IMG/VR virus record: IMGVR_UViG_3300007513_000009
Length of the DNA: 64,000 nucleotides
Strand: one strand, 5' to 3'
Source of the DNA: a virus
Shown: positions 1 to 9,197 of the stretch, piece after piece
Position numbering within the stretch: position 1 is the first letter of the stretch
Layout: each line of letters opens with the position of its first letter
Program-made: the position numbers and the translations under genes
Notes under the pieces: generated by a model
What the model saw: the letters and a program-made list of their open reading frames with translations, nothing else
Database searches by the model: none
Told to the model about the DNA's origin: nothing

Positions 1-1086
1 GTTTGGCAAGCACATCAAGCAGGTGATGATCCAGAAGATCCAAAAGGCGGGAAAGGAGCTTGGCAAGCAATAAATAAAGATACTGGCAATCAAGATTCTT
101 TTGGTGATGATAAAGAAAGCGCAGTGGCTTATGCAAAAGGTGGAGATGATAGTGCTGGTGGAGATGATGGCAAAGAACCTACAACACAGACAAAAATAGC
201 CGCTGATCCATTTCAACATGGACCTGACGGGCCGCGGTCACACATGGCCAATCAACCAGATCCGGATTATAAACCTAAACAAAAGTATGGTGTGAATGCT
301 GAACCAAAACCTGAACCAAAACCTGAACCTAAAAAACTTTCTTGGCCAGACCAAAGAGATGCAAATAGAAAAGCTACAGGTAATGCACATCTATCTAAAG
401 ACCCTGCGGATATGTCTTCTGAAGAACACGATCAACTTGAAAAGCATTTGGATCATCACTCAAGAATGTTACAGCACCAAGCGATGTCATCATACGACCC
501 AAATTTGCGTAATATGGTGGCTGAACCATCTCAAGAGGAATGGGATGAACTGAAATCTGCAAGGAGTGCACTTAAAAAAGCAAAAGATTCTGGTGGTGAA
601 GAACCAAGTGGTGAACCAGAAGGTTCTTCTCCAAAGGAACAAGCTAAAGCTGAGTTAGAGGATTATAATGAACCAGATGATGTTGCTGGTTGGTTAGAAG
701 ATCATCAAGATAAACTTGGTAAAAAATTTACTCGTCAATTGGGGAATATGTATTCTGATATGGAAGATTCATTTATGGATGCTACCCAAGGAGGAAATGA
801 TGATGCTTGGGATGATTTTGATGAAAAGTTAGAAAATTTTAAGAAAGAGGCTGGTAGGATGATGGATAAGCATGTACCAGAAGAACCAAGCGGTGGTGCT
901 GGCGGAATGATGGGTGCTCTTGGACATAGAGGTTCTCAATATAGAACTGGCAAAGAATTAAAAGGTGAAATTACAGTTAACGGAAAAAAATATCGCCCAA
1001 TAAAGGAATCTAAAGAAAAGAAACCAATAAAAAAACATAGGTTACAAGAACAATATGAGAGATTTTTTAATAGAATGGTTATTTAA
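1..1086 (+). CDS. Acidic low-complexity phage protein, 5'-truncated (possible head/internal protein)
   Basis: Frame 1 is open from base 1, so the track start at 124 is probably internal; D/E/G-rich; directly upstream of the head module. Confidence 0.55.
   Translation, partial: VWQAHQAGDDPEDPKGGKGAWQAINKDTGNQDSFGDDKESAVAYAKGGDDSAGGDDGKEPTTQTKIAADPFQHGPDGPRSHMANQPDPDYKPKQKYGVNAEPKPEPKPEPKKLSWPDQRDANRKATGNAHLSKDPADMSSEEHDQLEKHLDHHSRMLQHQAMSSYDPNLRNMVAEPSQEEWDELKSARSALKKAKDSGGEEPSGEPEGSSPKEQAKAELEDYNEPDDVAGWLEDHQDKLGKKFTRQLGNMYSDMEDSFMDATQGGNDDAWDDFDEKLENFKKEAGRMMDKHVPEEPSGGAGGMMGALGHRGSQYRTGKELKGEITVNGKKYRPIKESKEKKPIKKHRLQEQYERFFNRMVI
301..333 (+). repeat. Coding tandem repeat GAACCAAAACCT x2.75 (EPKP linker)
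   Basis: Read directly from sequence. Confidence 0.8.
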
Positions 1087-1378
1087 TTATATATTAATAT
1101 CATTAGTTTTATGGCAAATCGGATTAATATTACATCTTTTACTAAAAAATCATTATGGGAAACACCCTAAAGAAATTTATAAAACTATTTCAACACCATC
1201 AGCTGTTGAGGTTGAGTTACCAAAAACAAAAAAAGATATTGGGGTTGTAGACGTGAATATAAAGAAACATATTGTTGCAGAAAAACCAACAGATTTTAAA
1301 ATAGATACGGATGAAACAATAAAAGGGTCTGTTAAATTACAAAAAGACAAATTAAAAGAACTTAGGAGTGGGTTATGA
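1055..1378 (+). CDS. Small protein with N-terminal transmembrane helix, coupled to the actin-like gene
   Basis: Hydrophobic aa ~4-30; ATGA overlap with 1375; C-terminus resembles that of 7530..7973. Confidence 0.7.
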   Translation: MRDFLIEWLFNYILISLVLWQIGLILHLLLKNHYGKHPKEIYKTISTPSAVEVELPKTKKDIGVVDVNIKKHIVAEKPTDFKIDTDETIKGSVKLQKDKLKELRSGL

Positions 1379-2427
1379 GTGTAGGTATAGATTGTGGTAC
1401 ATCATTTTATATTGCAGCAAGAGAAAAGAAAATTAAAAAACAAAGAAATGCTTTTTTAACTGTTGAGGGGGAATCTTCACAAGTAAAGAGAATGTTAAAA
1501 CGACAAAATATTCCATATGTTGAAAAGGCTAATAGAGTACATATTGTTGGTCAGCACGCTTTTAACTATGCACAGATATTCAGTACATCTCATTTAAGAC
1601 GACCAATGAAAAGTGGTTTACTGAATCCACAAGAAAATGACGCACTTCCAATATTGAATGCTATTATTGGTGAACTTTTAGGTAAAGCAAAAAAACCAAC
1701 AAAAGCTAAACCAAATAAAGAAGTTTGTGTTTATTGTATTCCTGCAAAACCAATTGATATAAAAAGAGAAGTTTCTTATCATGAAGATGTATTAAAAACA
1801 ATTATTGAACAATACGGATATGATGTAAAGAAGATAGAAGAATCTGTTGCACTTGGATATGAAGGATTAGTAGATAGTGCTTTGACGGGCGTTGCAATCT
1901 CAATGGGTGCCGGTATGTGTAATGTAGCCGTTATGTATCAAGGAATGACTGCACTTTCTTTTAGTGTTGCTCGTGGGGGTGATTGGATAGATACTAATGT
2001 TTCACAGGATACTGGAGTTTCAGAAGCAAAAGTAACTAATATAAAAGAAGTTTCGAATAGTTTAAATATATCAAAGTCAAAAATTGATGTATATGACGAG
2101 GGTACTGAAGAAGCTAATATATTAATTGCGGTTCGTTCTTATTATGCTGCTCTTATTAACTATTTATTAACGAACTTAAAAGTTCAATTTGAGGGTATTG
2201 AAAATGTACCTAATTTTCCTGAACCTGTACCAATAGTTATAGGTGGGGGAACTGCTTTGGTGGAAGGATTTTTAGATGTGTTCAATGAACAATTTGATCA
2301 AAATGATTTCCCTATACCAATTTCAGAAATAGTATTAATTGAGGATGCTCACACAGCTGTTTCAAGAGGATGTTTGTCAGAAGCTATGTTAGTAGAAGAG
2401 GAAAATGAAGAAAGTAACGGTGAATGA
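1375..2427 (+). CDS. Actin-fold ATPase (volactin/MreB/MamK-like)
   Basis: Phosphate-1 GIDCGTS, phosphate-2 ISMGAGMCN, ARGGDWID, adenosine motif IVIGGGTA, C-terminal AVSRG. Confidence 0.85.
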   Translation: MSVGIDCGTSFYIAAREKKIKKQRNAFLTVEGESSQVKRMLKRQNIPYVEKANRVHIVGQHAFNYAQIFSTSHLRRPMKSGLLNPQENDALPILNAIIGELLGKAKKPTKAKPNKEVCVYCIPAKPIDIKREVSYHEDVLKTIIEQYGYDVKKIEESVALGYEGLVDSALTGVAISMGAGMCNVAVMYQGMTALSFSVARGGDWIDTNVSQDTGVSEAKVTNIKEVSNSLNISKSKIDVYDEGTEEANILIAVRSYYAALINYLLTNLKVQFEGIENVPNFPEPVPIVIGGGTALVEGFLDVFNEQFDQNDFPIPISEIVLIEDAHTAVSRGCLSEAMLVEEENEESNGE

Positions 2428-2674
2428 AATACAAAAGTGGTTAAAAAGTTTGGAAGAATTTCGCTATAGAAAAATACCTATTGTTGATTCTAGAAGAATT
2501 GCTTCATTTGTAAATAATGGTTTAAATGAGACAGATTTACCTGTTTCATTACAAAAGAAATGGGAACATGCTAAATATTCTAAAGAAAAAGGTTTAGCAG
2601 ATAGATTTATCAAACAAAAGATAAGTGATAAATTAATTGCAACAGAAAATATAAAGTATAAAGATTTTTTTTAA
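2405..2674 (+). CDS. Hypothetical protein
   Basis: 89 aa ORF filling the gap between the actin and bS21 genes. Confidence 0.65.
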   Translation: MKKVTVNEIQKWLKSLEEFRYRKIPIVDSRRIASFVNNGLNETDLPVSLQKKWEHAKYSKEKGLADRFIKQKISDKLIATENIKYKDFF

Positions 2675-2917
2675 GTGATAGAAGACAAAGAAAGTAAAAA
2701 AATAAAAAATTGTAGATTATATGTAACTGCACGAGATGGTGAACAGGTTGAATCTATGATAAGAAGATTTAAAAAGAATGTAAAAATATCTGGATTGATG
2801 CAAGAGATTAACGAAAGAAGTTTTTATGAAAAACCATCTGTAATAAAACGAAGAAAAAAGAAAAGTTTAGTTTTAAGAAAAAAGCATTTAAATTTATCAA
2901 ATAATAATGTTTTTTAA
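2675..2917 (+). CDS. rpsU: Ribosomal protein bS21
   Basis: GEQVESMIRRFKK...G...E...R.FYEKPSV.KRRKK matches the bS21 pattern; basic 80 aa. Confidence 0.85.
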   Translation: MIEDKESKKIKNCRLYVTARDGEQVESMIRRFKKNVKISGLMQEINERSFYEKPSVIKRRKKKSLVLRKKHLNLSNNNVF

Positions 2918-2925
2918 ATTAATTT

Positions 2926-2933
2926 ATATTTAT
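2926..2933 (+). promoter_or_regulatory. ATATTTAT motif, candidate phage late promoter
   Basis: Same octamer in gaps at 5832, 9149, 11475, 13156, 25034, 29607/29613, 41889, 58363. Confidence 0.55.
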
Positions 2934-2945
2934 TAGTACCTCAAT

Positions 2946-3008
2946 ACACCTTGGTATTTTTTAAGGTGTCTAAAATAGAAACCTCTATTAAAGTTTCAAA
3001 TAACTTTA
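2946..3008 (+). promoter_or_regulatory. Three consecutive hairpins in the leader of the scaffold/capsid operon
   Basis: ACACCTT/AAGGTGT, AATAGA/TCTATT, AAAGTT/AACTTT inverted repeats. Confidence 0.4.
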
Positions 3009-3040
3009 TTCCAATATAAAAAAATATATGGAGACAAAAT

Positions 3041-4117
3041 ATGTCTGATTTACTAAAAGAAGCTATTGCTGATGCAAAAGCAGTTCGTGAAACGGCGTTA
3101 GAAAATGCTAAAATAGCTCTTCAAGAAGCTTTCGCTCCACAACTCAAATCTATGTTGTCCGCCAAGTTGGCTGAAGATGATGAAGAATATGAAGAAGATC
3201 CTATGGGTGATGAAGAAGAAATGGGTGATGAAGAAGAAATGGATGCTGTAGATGCCGAAGAAATGGCACGCACTCATTCATATCGTGAAGAAGATGATGA
3301 AGAAATGGGTGAACCTGAACCAGAGATGGCTATGGGTGATGAAGAAGGTGAAGAAGAGTTTGAAGAAGAAGGTGTCATTGAAATTAATGGCATTAAGTAC
3401 GCTCCCGTAGTTTCTGAAGAAGATGAATTTACTGAAGAGTATGAAAATACTGATGAAGGTGAAGAACTTGATTTAGAAGCTGTAATTAAAGAACTTGAAC
3501 AGGAAATTGCTGAGTCGGAAAATGATGATGAAGAAAAAGAAGTAACTGAAGCAGATGACGAAAAAGATGAAGAAGTGGTATCTGAAGCAGATGATGCTGA
3601 TGATGATGAAGAAGAAAAAGACGAATCTGTTAAAGAACAATCTAGTTCATCTGGTATCGGAAAAGGTGACAATCAAGTTACATCCGCTTCCGCTTCTGAT
3701 GAAGAAGATCCTGGTAAAGGACAAGTACACGAACAGATTGACTATTTGCAATCAGAGCTTAAAGAGTATAAGGAAGCTGTCACATTTTTGCGTGATAAGC
3801 TTCATGAAGTGAATATTTTGAACGCTAAATTACTTTACACTAATAAATTGTTTAAAGAATATGCATTGACGAATGAACAGAAACTTAAAGTTGTTGAAAC
3901 CTTTGATAGAGCTCAAACAACTCGTGAAATTAAGTTAGTTTGGTCAACACTTGCAGAGTCTATGAAGAATGAAATGGTTGAAGTTAAAAATCATAGTGTT
4001 CAAGAAGCAGCTAGTCGTAAAACTGGTTCAACTAAACCTACTTCTAGGAAAATTATCACAGAAGAAAGTGAAGTTGCATCTAGGTTTAAGAAATTAGCTG
4101 GTATTCTGAAAGATTAA
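3041..4117 (+). CDS. Prohead core/scaffold protein (gp22-like role)
   Basis: Very acidic coiled-coil protein directly upstream of the major capsid gene; GGAG RBS; ends RFKKLAGILKD. Confidence 0.75.
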   Translation: MSDLLKEAIADAKAVRETALENAKIALQEAFAPQLKSMLSAKLAEDDEEYEEDPMGDEEEMGDEEEMDAVDAEEMARTHSYREEDDEEMGEPEPEMAMGDEEGEEEFEEEGVIEINGIKYAPVVSEEDEFTEEYENTDEGEELDLEAVIKELEQEIAESENDDEEKEVTEADDEKDEEVVSEADDADDDEEEKDESVKEQSSSSGIGKGDNQVTSASASDEEDPGKGQVHEQIDYLQSELKEYKEAVTFLRDKLHEVNILNAKLLYTNKLFKEYALTNEQKLKVVETFDRAQTTREIKLVWSTLAESMKNEMVEVKNHSVQEAASRKTGSTKPTSRKIITEESEVASRFKKLAGILKD

Positions 4118-4138
4118 TAATTAATTTGGAGAACGAAA

Positions 4139-5758
4139 ATGAGTAATTATGTAAACGAATCTCTTCTTGATGCTTCCCCTATAAAGAAGCAAAAGGAAGA
4201 GGCCTCAAAACTCGTGGTCAAATGGGAAAAATCTGGACTATTAGAAGGAATGGATAATGAGTGGCAACGCTCTGGTATGGCAGTATTGCTAGAAAACCAG
4301 GCACGTCAGTTGATTTCTGAGAATTCTATGACATCCCCTAACGCCGGTGCAGGTGTGGGTGATGAAGAATGGTCCGGTGTTGCACTACCTTTGGTAAGAC
4401 GAGTATTTGGTAACATCGTTGCACAGGAATTAGTTTCTGTACAACCGATGAACTTACCTTCCGGTCTTGTATTCTACCTTGATTTCAAATATGGAACTGC
4501 GGTAGGTGGAAGAACTGAGGGTGATGCCATTCATGGTAAAACTGGTCCTAATTCACCATCTGGGTCATCCGGTCCTTATGGAGAAGGTGGATTCTATGGT
4601 GTAGGAAAATATGGCTATTCTGATGGTAGTGCATCAGTTGCAGAGCTAACATTCTCAAATCTTGCAACAGCATCTTTTAAAGATGTTGATTTTGATTCAG
4701 AGTTGTCTGCTAGTAGTCTTGGTACAACTCAACTTTGGACAGTAGATGTTGCTATCACTACTTTAGTACGACCAGATACTGCAGCTGTAAGAGCTTGGGG
4801 TATTACTGGTGGTGCTAATAATGCTGTGAATATGCCACAATTTAATAAGATTCTGCCTAATGGAAAACTACAGATGATAGTATCTGCTTCAGATTCTGCT
4901 GATGCTGATGGTGCTTGGGATGTTGAATATCCAAAACAACCTGATCAAGCAACTCGTGGTGATTTTGAAGATCGTGCGGGTGATGCTACATCAGATACGT
5001 TGAATATTCCTGAAGTCAATTTGGAACTTCGGTCTTTACCGATTGTTGCTAAAACCAGAAAGCTGAAAGCTGTATGGTCGCCTGAATTGGCTCAAGACCT
5101 TAACGCATACCATTCAATCGATGCTGAAGCTGAATTGACATCTATGTTGAGTGATTACATTTCGATGGAAATCGATTTGGAAATCCTTGATATGCTTGTT
5201 AATGATGCTGTAACTGTCGATTACTGGAATGCTAAAGTTGGACAGGACTATGATGCTGCAACTGAAGGTTTCGTAGATGGTACTTTTTATGGTACTCGCT
5301 TCGAATGGTATCAAACACTTGTTGCTAAAATCCAAAAAGTATCAAACGAAATTCATCGTTTGACACTTCGTGGTGGTGCTAACTTTGTTGTTGTTTCACC
5401 TAAAGTTGCCACAATCCTTGAATCACTTCCTGGATATATGTCGCAACCTGGTGATGGTGATGCCGCTGCTAAGCAGTTTTCAATGGGTATTTCTAAAGTC
5501 GGTCAAGCCGCTGGAAGATTCACAGTTTATAAGAACCCTTACATGACTGAAAACCAAATCTTGGTTGGATTCCGTGGAAGTAATTTCTTAGAAACAGGTG
5601 CTGTCTACAGTCCTTATGTACCGCTTATCACAACTCCGTTGGTGTATGATCCTTCCGATTTTACTCCACGTAAAGGTGTGATGACGCGTTATGCTAAGAA
5701 GATGATTCGTCCTGAGTTTTATGCTTTGATTAAGTGTTCTGGTTTAGATACGCTTTAA
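4139..5758 (+). CDS. Major capsid protein, T4 gp23-like
   Basis: LLENQ, PLVRR, VQPMNLPSGLVF, AKTRKLKAVWSPELAQDL, YSPYVPL, FTPRKGVMTRY motifs. Confidence 0.95.
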   Translation: MSNYVNESLLDASPIKKQKEEASKLVVKWEKSGLLEGMDNEWQRSGMAVLLENQARQLISENSMTSPNAGAGVGDEEWSGVALPLVRRVFGNIVAQELVSVQPMNLPSGLVFYLDFKYGTAVGGRTEGDAIHGKTGPNSPSGSSGPYGEGGFYGVGKYGYSDGSASVAELTFSNLATASFKDVDFDSELSASSLGTTQLWTVDVAITTLVRPDTAAVRAWGITGGANNAVNMPQFNKILPNGKLQMIVSASDSADADGAWDVEYPKQPDQATRGDFEDRAGDATSDTLNIPEVNLELRSLPIVAKTRKLKAVWSPELAQDLNAYHSIDAEAELTSMLSDYISMEIDLEILDMLVNDAVTVDYWNAKVGQDYDAATEGFVDGTFYGTRFEWYQTLVAKIQKVSNEIHRLTLRGGANFVVVSPKVATILESLPGYMSQPGDGDAAAKQFSMGISKVGQAAGRFTVYKNPYMTENQILVGFRGSNFLETGAVYSPYVPLITTPLVYDPSDFTPRKGVMTRYAKKMIRPEFYALIKCSGLDTL

Positions 5759-5785
5759 TCTAGAGTTTAAACTCTAAATAACCTG

Positions 5786-5816
5786 AAAAAGGGGAAGCTT
5801 AGGTTTCCCCTTTTTT
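5786..5816 (+). terminator. Rho-independent terminator after the capsid gene
   Basis: GGGGAAGC-TTAG-GTTTCCCC stem-loop followed by T6 and preceded by A5. Confidence 0.85.
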
Positions 5817-5857
5817 GTTTTTATTATCTTAATATTTATAGGTAGGAGAAAATGTAA

Positions 5858-7039
5858 ATGCCAAAATTAGATTATGCTTATACTGATCCTACTACTTATG
5901 AAGATGGATCTAATCAAACACCATATGGTACATATGATGCTGACATAACTTTTCGTTCAGATATTGTATCGGTAACTAAATGGGTTGCTCGTAGATTGGG
6001 ATATCCTGTTTTACAATTAGAAATTCCATCAAGTTCAATTTATGCTTGTTTTGAAGAATCAATAAGTGAATATTCTCAACATATTAATAATTACAATATT
6101 AGAAATTGGATGTGGAATCAATATGGAGAGAAAAATAGAATATCTGGTTCTATGAGTACTGGTTCTGCTAATCCTGTAACACCTTCAACTGGTCCATCAG
6201 TACAATTATCAGAAAAATATGGAACATTGGCTAATGTTGGTGGTAATGTGGAATTGAAAAGAGGATATATTACTTTAAGTGGTTCGGTTCAAGATTATGA
6301 TTTACAAGAAGTTTGGGCTGATGTGAGTGAAAGTTATAAACGAATAGAAGTACAAAGAGTATTTAATGATAGACCTGCTGCTATAACTAGATTTTATGAT
6401 CCATATGCTGGATCTTTTGATCAAAGAACTATGTTAGATTCCTTTGGTTTTGGAAATGTATCGCCTGCAATATCATTTATTTTAAGACCAATATCGCAAG
6501 ATATAGTTAGAGCAAATCAAATAGAAACATCGGATTTGATTAGAAAAAGTGCTTATAGTTTTGAATTACATAATAATAACTTAAGAATTTTTCCAAGACC
6601 ACAATCAGGTGATACAGGAAATAAACTATGGTTTGAATATTATGTTAAAGATGATATAAAGAATACAAACCGTTCAAGTGGAGGAATGCAAGGTGGGGTA
6701 TCAGATCCTTCAAATGTTCCGTATAAATTTATAACTTATAATGAAATAAATGCGCCAGGTCGTCAATGGATTAGGAAGTTTACTGCTGCTCTAGCAAAAG
6801 AATTATTGGGTATTATACGAAGTAAGTATAGTGCTATGCCTATACCAGATGCTGAAGTTACTCTTGATGGTGAGGGGTTGAAAGCAGAAGGTCGTGAAGA
6901 AAAAACACAATTGTTAGAAGAAATAAAAGAATTTTTAGAATCTGTATCTTTAACTGAGAAATTTAGAAATGAGGCAGAAGAAGCAAATGCTCAACAAGAA
7001 GTATTGGCAAAAGTACCATTACCAATTTATATAGGATAA
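5858..7039 (+). CDS. Neck/head-tail adaptor protein (gp13-like)
   Basis: RRLGYPVLQLE N-terminal motif, WIRKFTAALAKE..G.IRSKY and VTLDG motifs, ends PIYIG; position after capsid gene. Confidence 0.75.
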   Translation: MPKLDYAYTDPTTYEDGSNQTPYGTYDADITFRSDIVSVTKWVARRLGYPVLQLEIPSSSIYACFEESISEYSQHINNYNIRNWMWNQYGEKNRISGSMSTGSANPVTPSTGPSVQLSEKYGTLANVGGNVELKRGYITLSGSVQDYDLQEVWADVSESYKRIEVQRVFNDRPAAITRFYDPYAGSFDQRTMLDSFGFGNVSPAISFILRPISQDIVRANQIETSDLIRKSAYSFELHNNNLRIFPRPQSGDTGNKLWFEYYVKDDIKNTNRSSGGMQGGVSDPSNVPYKFITYNEINAPGRQWIRKFTAALAKELLGIIRSKYSAMPIPDAEVTLDGEGLKAEGREEKTQLLEEIKEFLESVSLTEKFRNEAEEANAQQEVLAKVPLPIYIG

Positions 7040-7043
7040 ACAG

Positions 7044-7520
7044 ATGGCTTTAACAAGACCATTTTTTATAACACAAAAAGAAATAAATTTAATCGATCAT
7101 TTAAATGAAGAGTTGATTGATGAAATGGTTGGACAAAGTGTTGATATATATAAAGTAAATGTTGAACATACTGATGAAAATATTTATGGAGAATCCACTA
7201 TAAAGTATTATAATGTTGGTTTTAGAGTTAATTGTTTGATTAGATTTAATCCACCAGAAGTTGGTCAATTTAATGAAGTGGGGCCAGATGTGAATTCATC
7301 GATTGATTTGATGTTACAGAGAAATAATTTAGCGAGTGGTAGTTTGAATTTTTATCCTGAAGCTGGTGATATATGTGATTGGAATGATACTTATTGGGAA
7401 TTGAATGGAGTGACTGAACCACAATTAATTGGAGGACATCCAAATTTTAATCATACGATAAAAGCAACTGCTCATCGTAGTAGGATGTCAAATTTACAAA
7501 TTGAACAACGAACAAAATAA
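7044..7520 (+). CDS. Head closure/neck protein (gp14-like)
   Basis: NIYGES and YPEAGD motifs; synteny. Confidence 0.6.
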   Translation: MALTRPFFITQKEINLIDHLNEELIDEMVGQSVDIYKVNVEHTDENIYGESTIKYYNVGFRVNCLIRFNPPEVGQFNEVGPDVNSSIDLMLQRNNLASGSLNFYPEAGDICDWNDTYWELNGVTEPQLIGGHPNFNHTIKATAHRSRMSNLQIEQRTK

Positions 7521-7529
7521 GAATGGTAT

Positions 7530-7973
7530 ATGTATCAGTTAGGAAAAGATGGTAAGCAAGAACCGAAAAGTCTTGTAAGGGATGATTACGAACATCCATT
7601 AGTGAAAATGGCAATTGAAAAAATAGAAAAAGAATTATGGGTTAATGAAGAAACTGGGGAGATTGTTCTTGGTCAAGGTTCATTACAACCACATCAATTA
7701 AATCAAAAGGTTGGTACACCACCAATCGATGATAGTGCCAGTAAAATGGACGGTAAGATGGATGAAATACTTGATCTATTAAAAACAAAAAATATTTATG
7801 ATGAATCAAATAATTCTATAGAGAGTAATGGTGAGTTAGAAGTAGTTGATGTGGATGTAAAAAAACAGATAGCTATAAATAAAGTTTCTACTGATGCATT
7901 GGAATCTGAAGAGTTTGATAATACAATTGATAATAAGTTAGATAAATTGAGAAAGTTAAGAAATGGCAATTAA
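7530..7973 (+). CDS. Hypothetical protein sharing a C-terminal motif with 1055..1378
   Basis: VVDVDVKKQI...DKLRKLRNG versus VVDVNIKKHI...DKLKELRSG. Confidence 0.65.
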   Translation: MYQLGKDGKQEPKSLVRDDYEHPLVKMAIEKIEKELWVNEETGEIVLGQGSLQPHQLNQKVGTPPIDDSASKMDGKMDEILDLLKTKNIYDESNNSIESNGELEVVDVDVKKQIAINKVSTDALESEEFDNTIDNKLDKLRKLRNGN

Positions 7974-8805
7974 ACCCGTAACTAATACAAATACAGTAAA
8001 CGAATCGACAATTAATCGAGCCGAACAAACGAGTATTCGTAGTGATAAAGGTAATGCTAAAGTTGTTATTAAAAAACCAGGCGGAAAAGATGCAGGTAAG
8101 GGTTTTGCAATAGGATTAAAGGATATTGATACAGCTGTATTAAGTCATATAAGAAATATAATGAAACCTACTGTTATAGAGGCTAACGAGAGAGTTAAAG
8201 TTCCTGTATTATGGGGAAATGAAGAAAGGTGGAAATCTATAAGAAACAATACTTCTCTTAGAGATAGAAATGGTGCAGTAATGTTACCTGTGATGGTGGT
8301 TAAAAGGACTTCACTTACTATGAATCCTGATATGCCTTTATCGTTTGATATGGATGTGAAAGGTAAATTTATAAGTGTTGTTAGGGCAAGTAATGGTTGG
8401 AGTAAAAATAACCGTTATGATAGATTTTCAGTATTGACTGGTCAGAATCCAGTTGAAGAATTTGTAAAAACAGGTATGCCAGATTTTGTATTATGTACTT
8501 ATAATATAGTAATGATGACATCTTATATGGAACAAATGAATGATTTAAATACAATATGGATTGAACATTTAGAAACATATTGGGGTGATCCAACAAGCTA
8601 TAGGTTTTTATCAGCATTATCAGGCGATATATCGAATGAAGAACAAATGGAAGATGCTGGTGAAAGAATGATAAGAAATGAATTAAGTATCGAAATTAAA
8701 GGATATATGATACCAGAGTTTACTGATAATGTATTTGGTAAAACATCAGAAATGGTGAGAAAATATTCATCAAAAAAAGTATCGTTTTCGGAAAAAATAT
8801 TATAA
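7963..8805 (+). CDS. Tail terminator/sheath stabiliser (gp15-like)
   Basis: VPVLWGNEERW, LPVMVVKR and EQMNDL motifs; lies before the sheath gene. Confidence 0.6.
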   Translation: MAIKPVTNTNTVNESTINRAEQTSIRSDKGNAKVVIKKPGGKDAGKGFAIGLKDIDTAVLSHIRNIMKPTVIEANERVKVPVLWGNEERWKSIRNNTSLRDRNGAVMLPVMVVKRTSLTMNPDMPLSFDMDVKGKFISVVRASNGWSKNNRYDRFSVLTGQNPVEEFVKTGMPDFVLCTYNIVMMTSYMEQMNDLNTIWIEHLETYWGDPTSYRFLSALSGDISNEEQMEDAGERMIRNELSIEIKGYMIPEFTDNVFGKTSEMVRKYSSKKVSFSEKIL

Positions 8806-8842
8806 TTATATATGTATATACAACTAAACATGAGGTTATAAA

Positions 8843-9118
8843 ATGGCAAAAGAAGTAAAATTTAAACAAGAAGATTTAGAAAAAGTTCAATCTTTACAAC
8901 AAGAATATTTAAGGATAACAAATCTTTTTGGACAAATGAAAATAACACAACTTAATATTGAAAAACAAGAACAGGATTTGATGGATGAATTGGCTAAAGT
9001 TCGTGAAAGTGAACAGACGGTACTTAATGATATTACTGAAAAGTATGGTCCTGGTCAATTAGATCCTTCAACTGGTACATTTACTCCAGTTGATTCGCCA
9101 GAAGAAGCAAAAAAATAA
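8843..9118 (+). CDS. Small coiled-coil hypothetical protein
   Basis: GAGG RBS; heptad-like pattern; KYGPGQLDPSTGTF tail. Confidence 0.7.
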   Translation: MAKEVKFKQEDLEKVQSLQQEYLRITNLFGQMKITQLNIEKQEQDLMDELAKVRESEQTVLNDITEKYGPGQLDPSTGTFTPVDSPEEAKK

Positions 9119-9197
9119 ACACATAGATTGTCTTTCAATTTTAGATTTATATTTATATATGAATTAAAATGTACAAAATCACCTTTGGAGATAATAA

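Noticed and set aside
3274-3672. Ser-rich minus-strand ORF and the other minus-strand or nested ORFs in the track
   Set aside because: Shadows of + strand genes (e.g. GAA/GAT-rich scaffold codons); no RBS or family motifs
5761-5776. Perfect 16 bp palindrome TAGAGTTTAAACTCTA after the capsid stop
   Set aside because: Single copy, AT-rich and next to the terminator; no function can be supported
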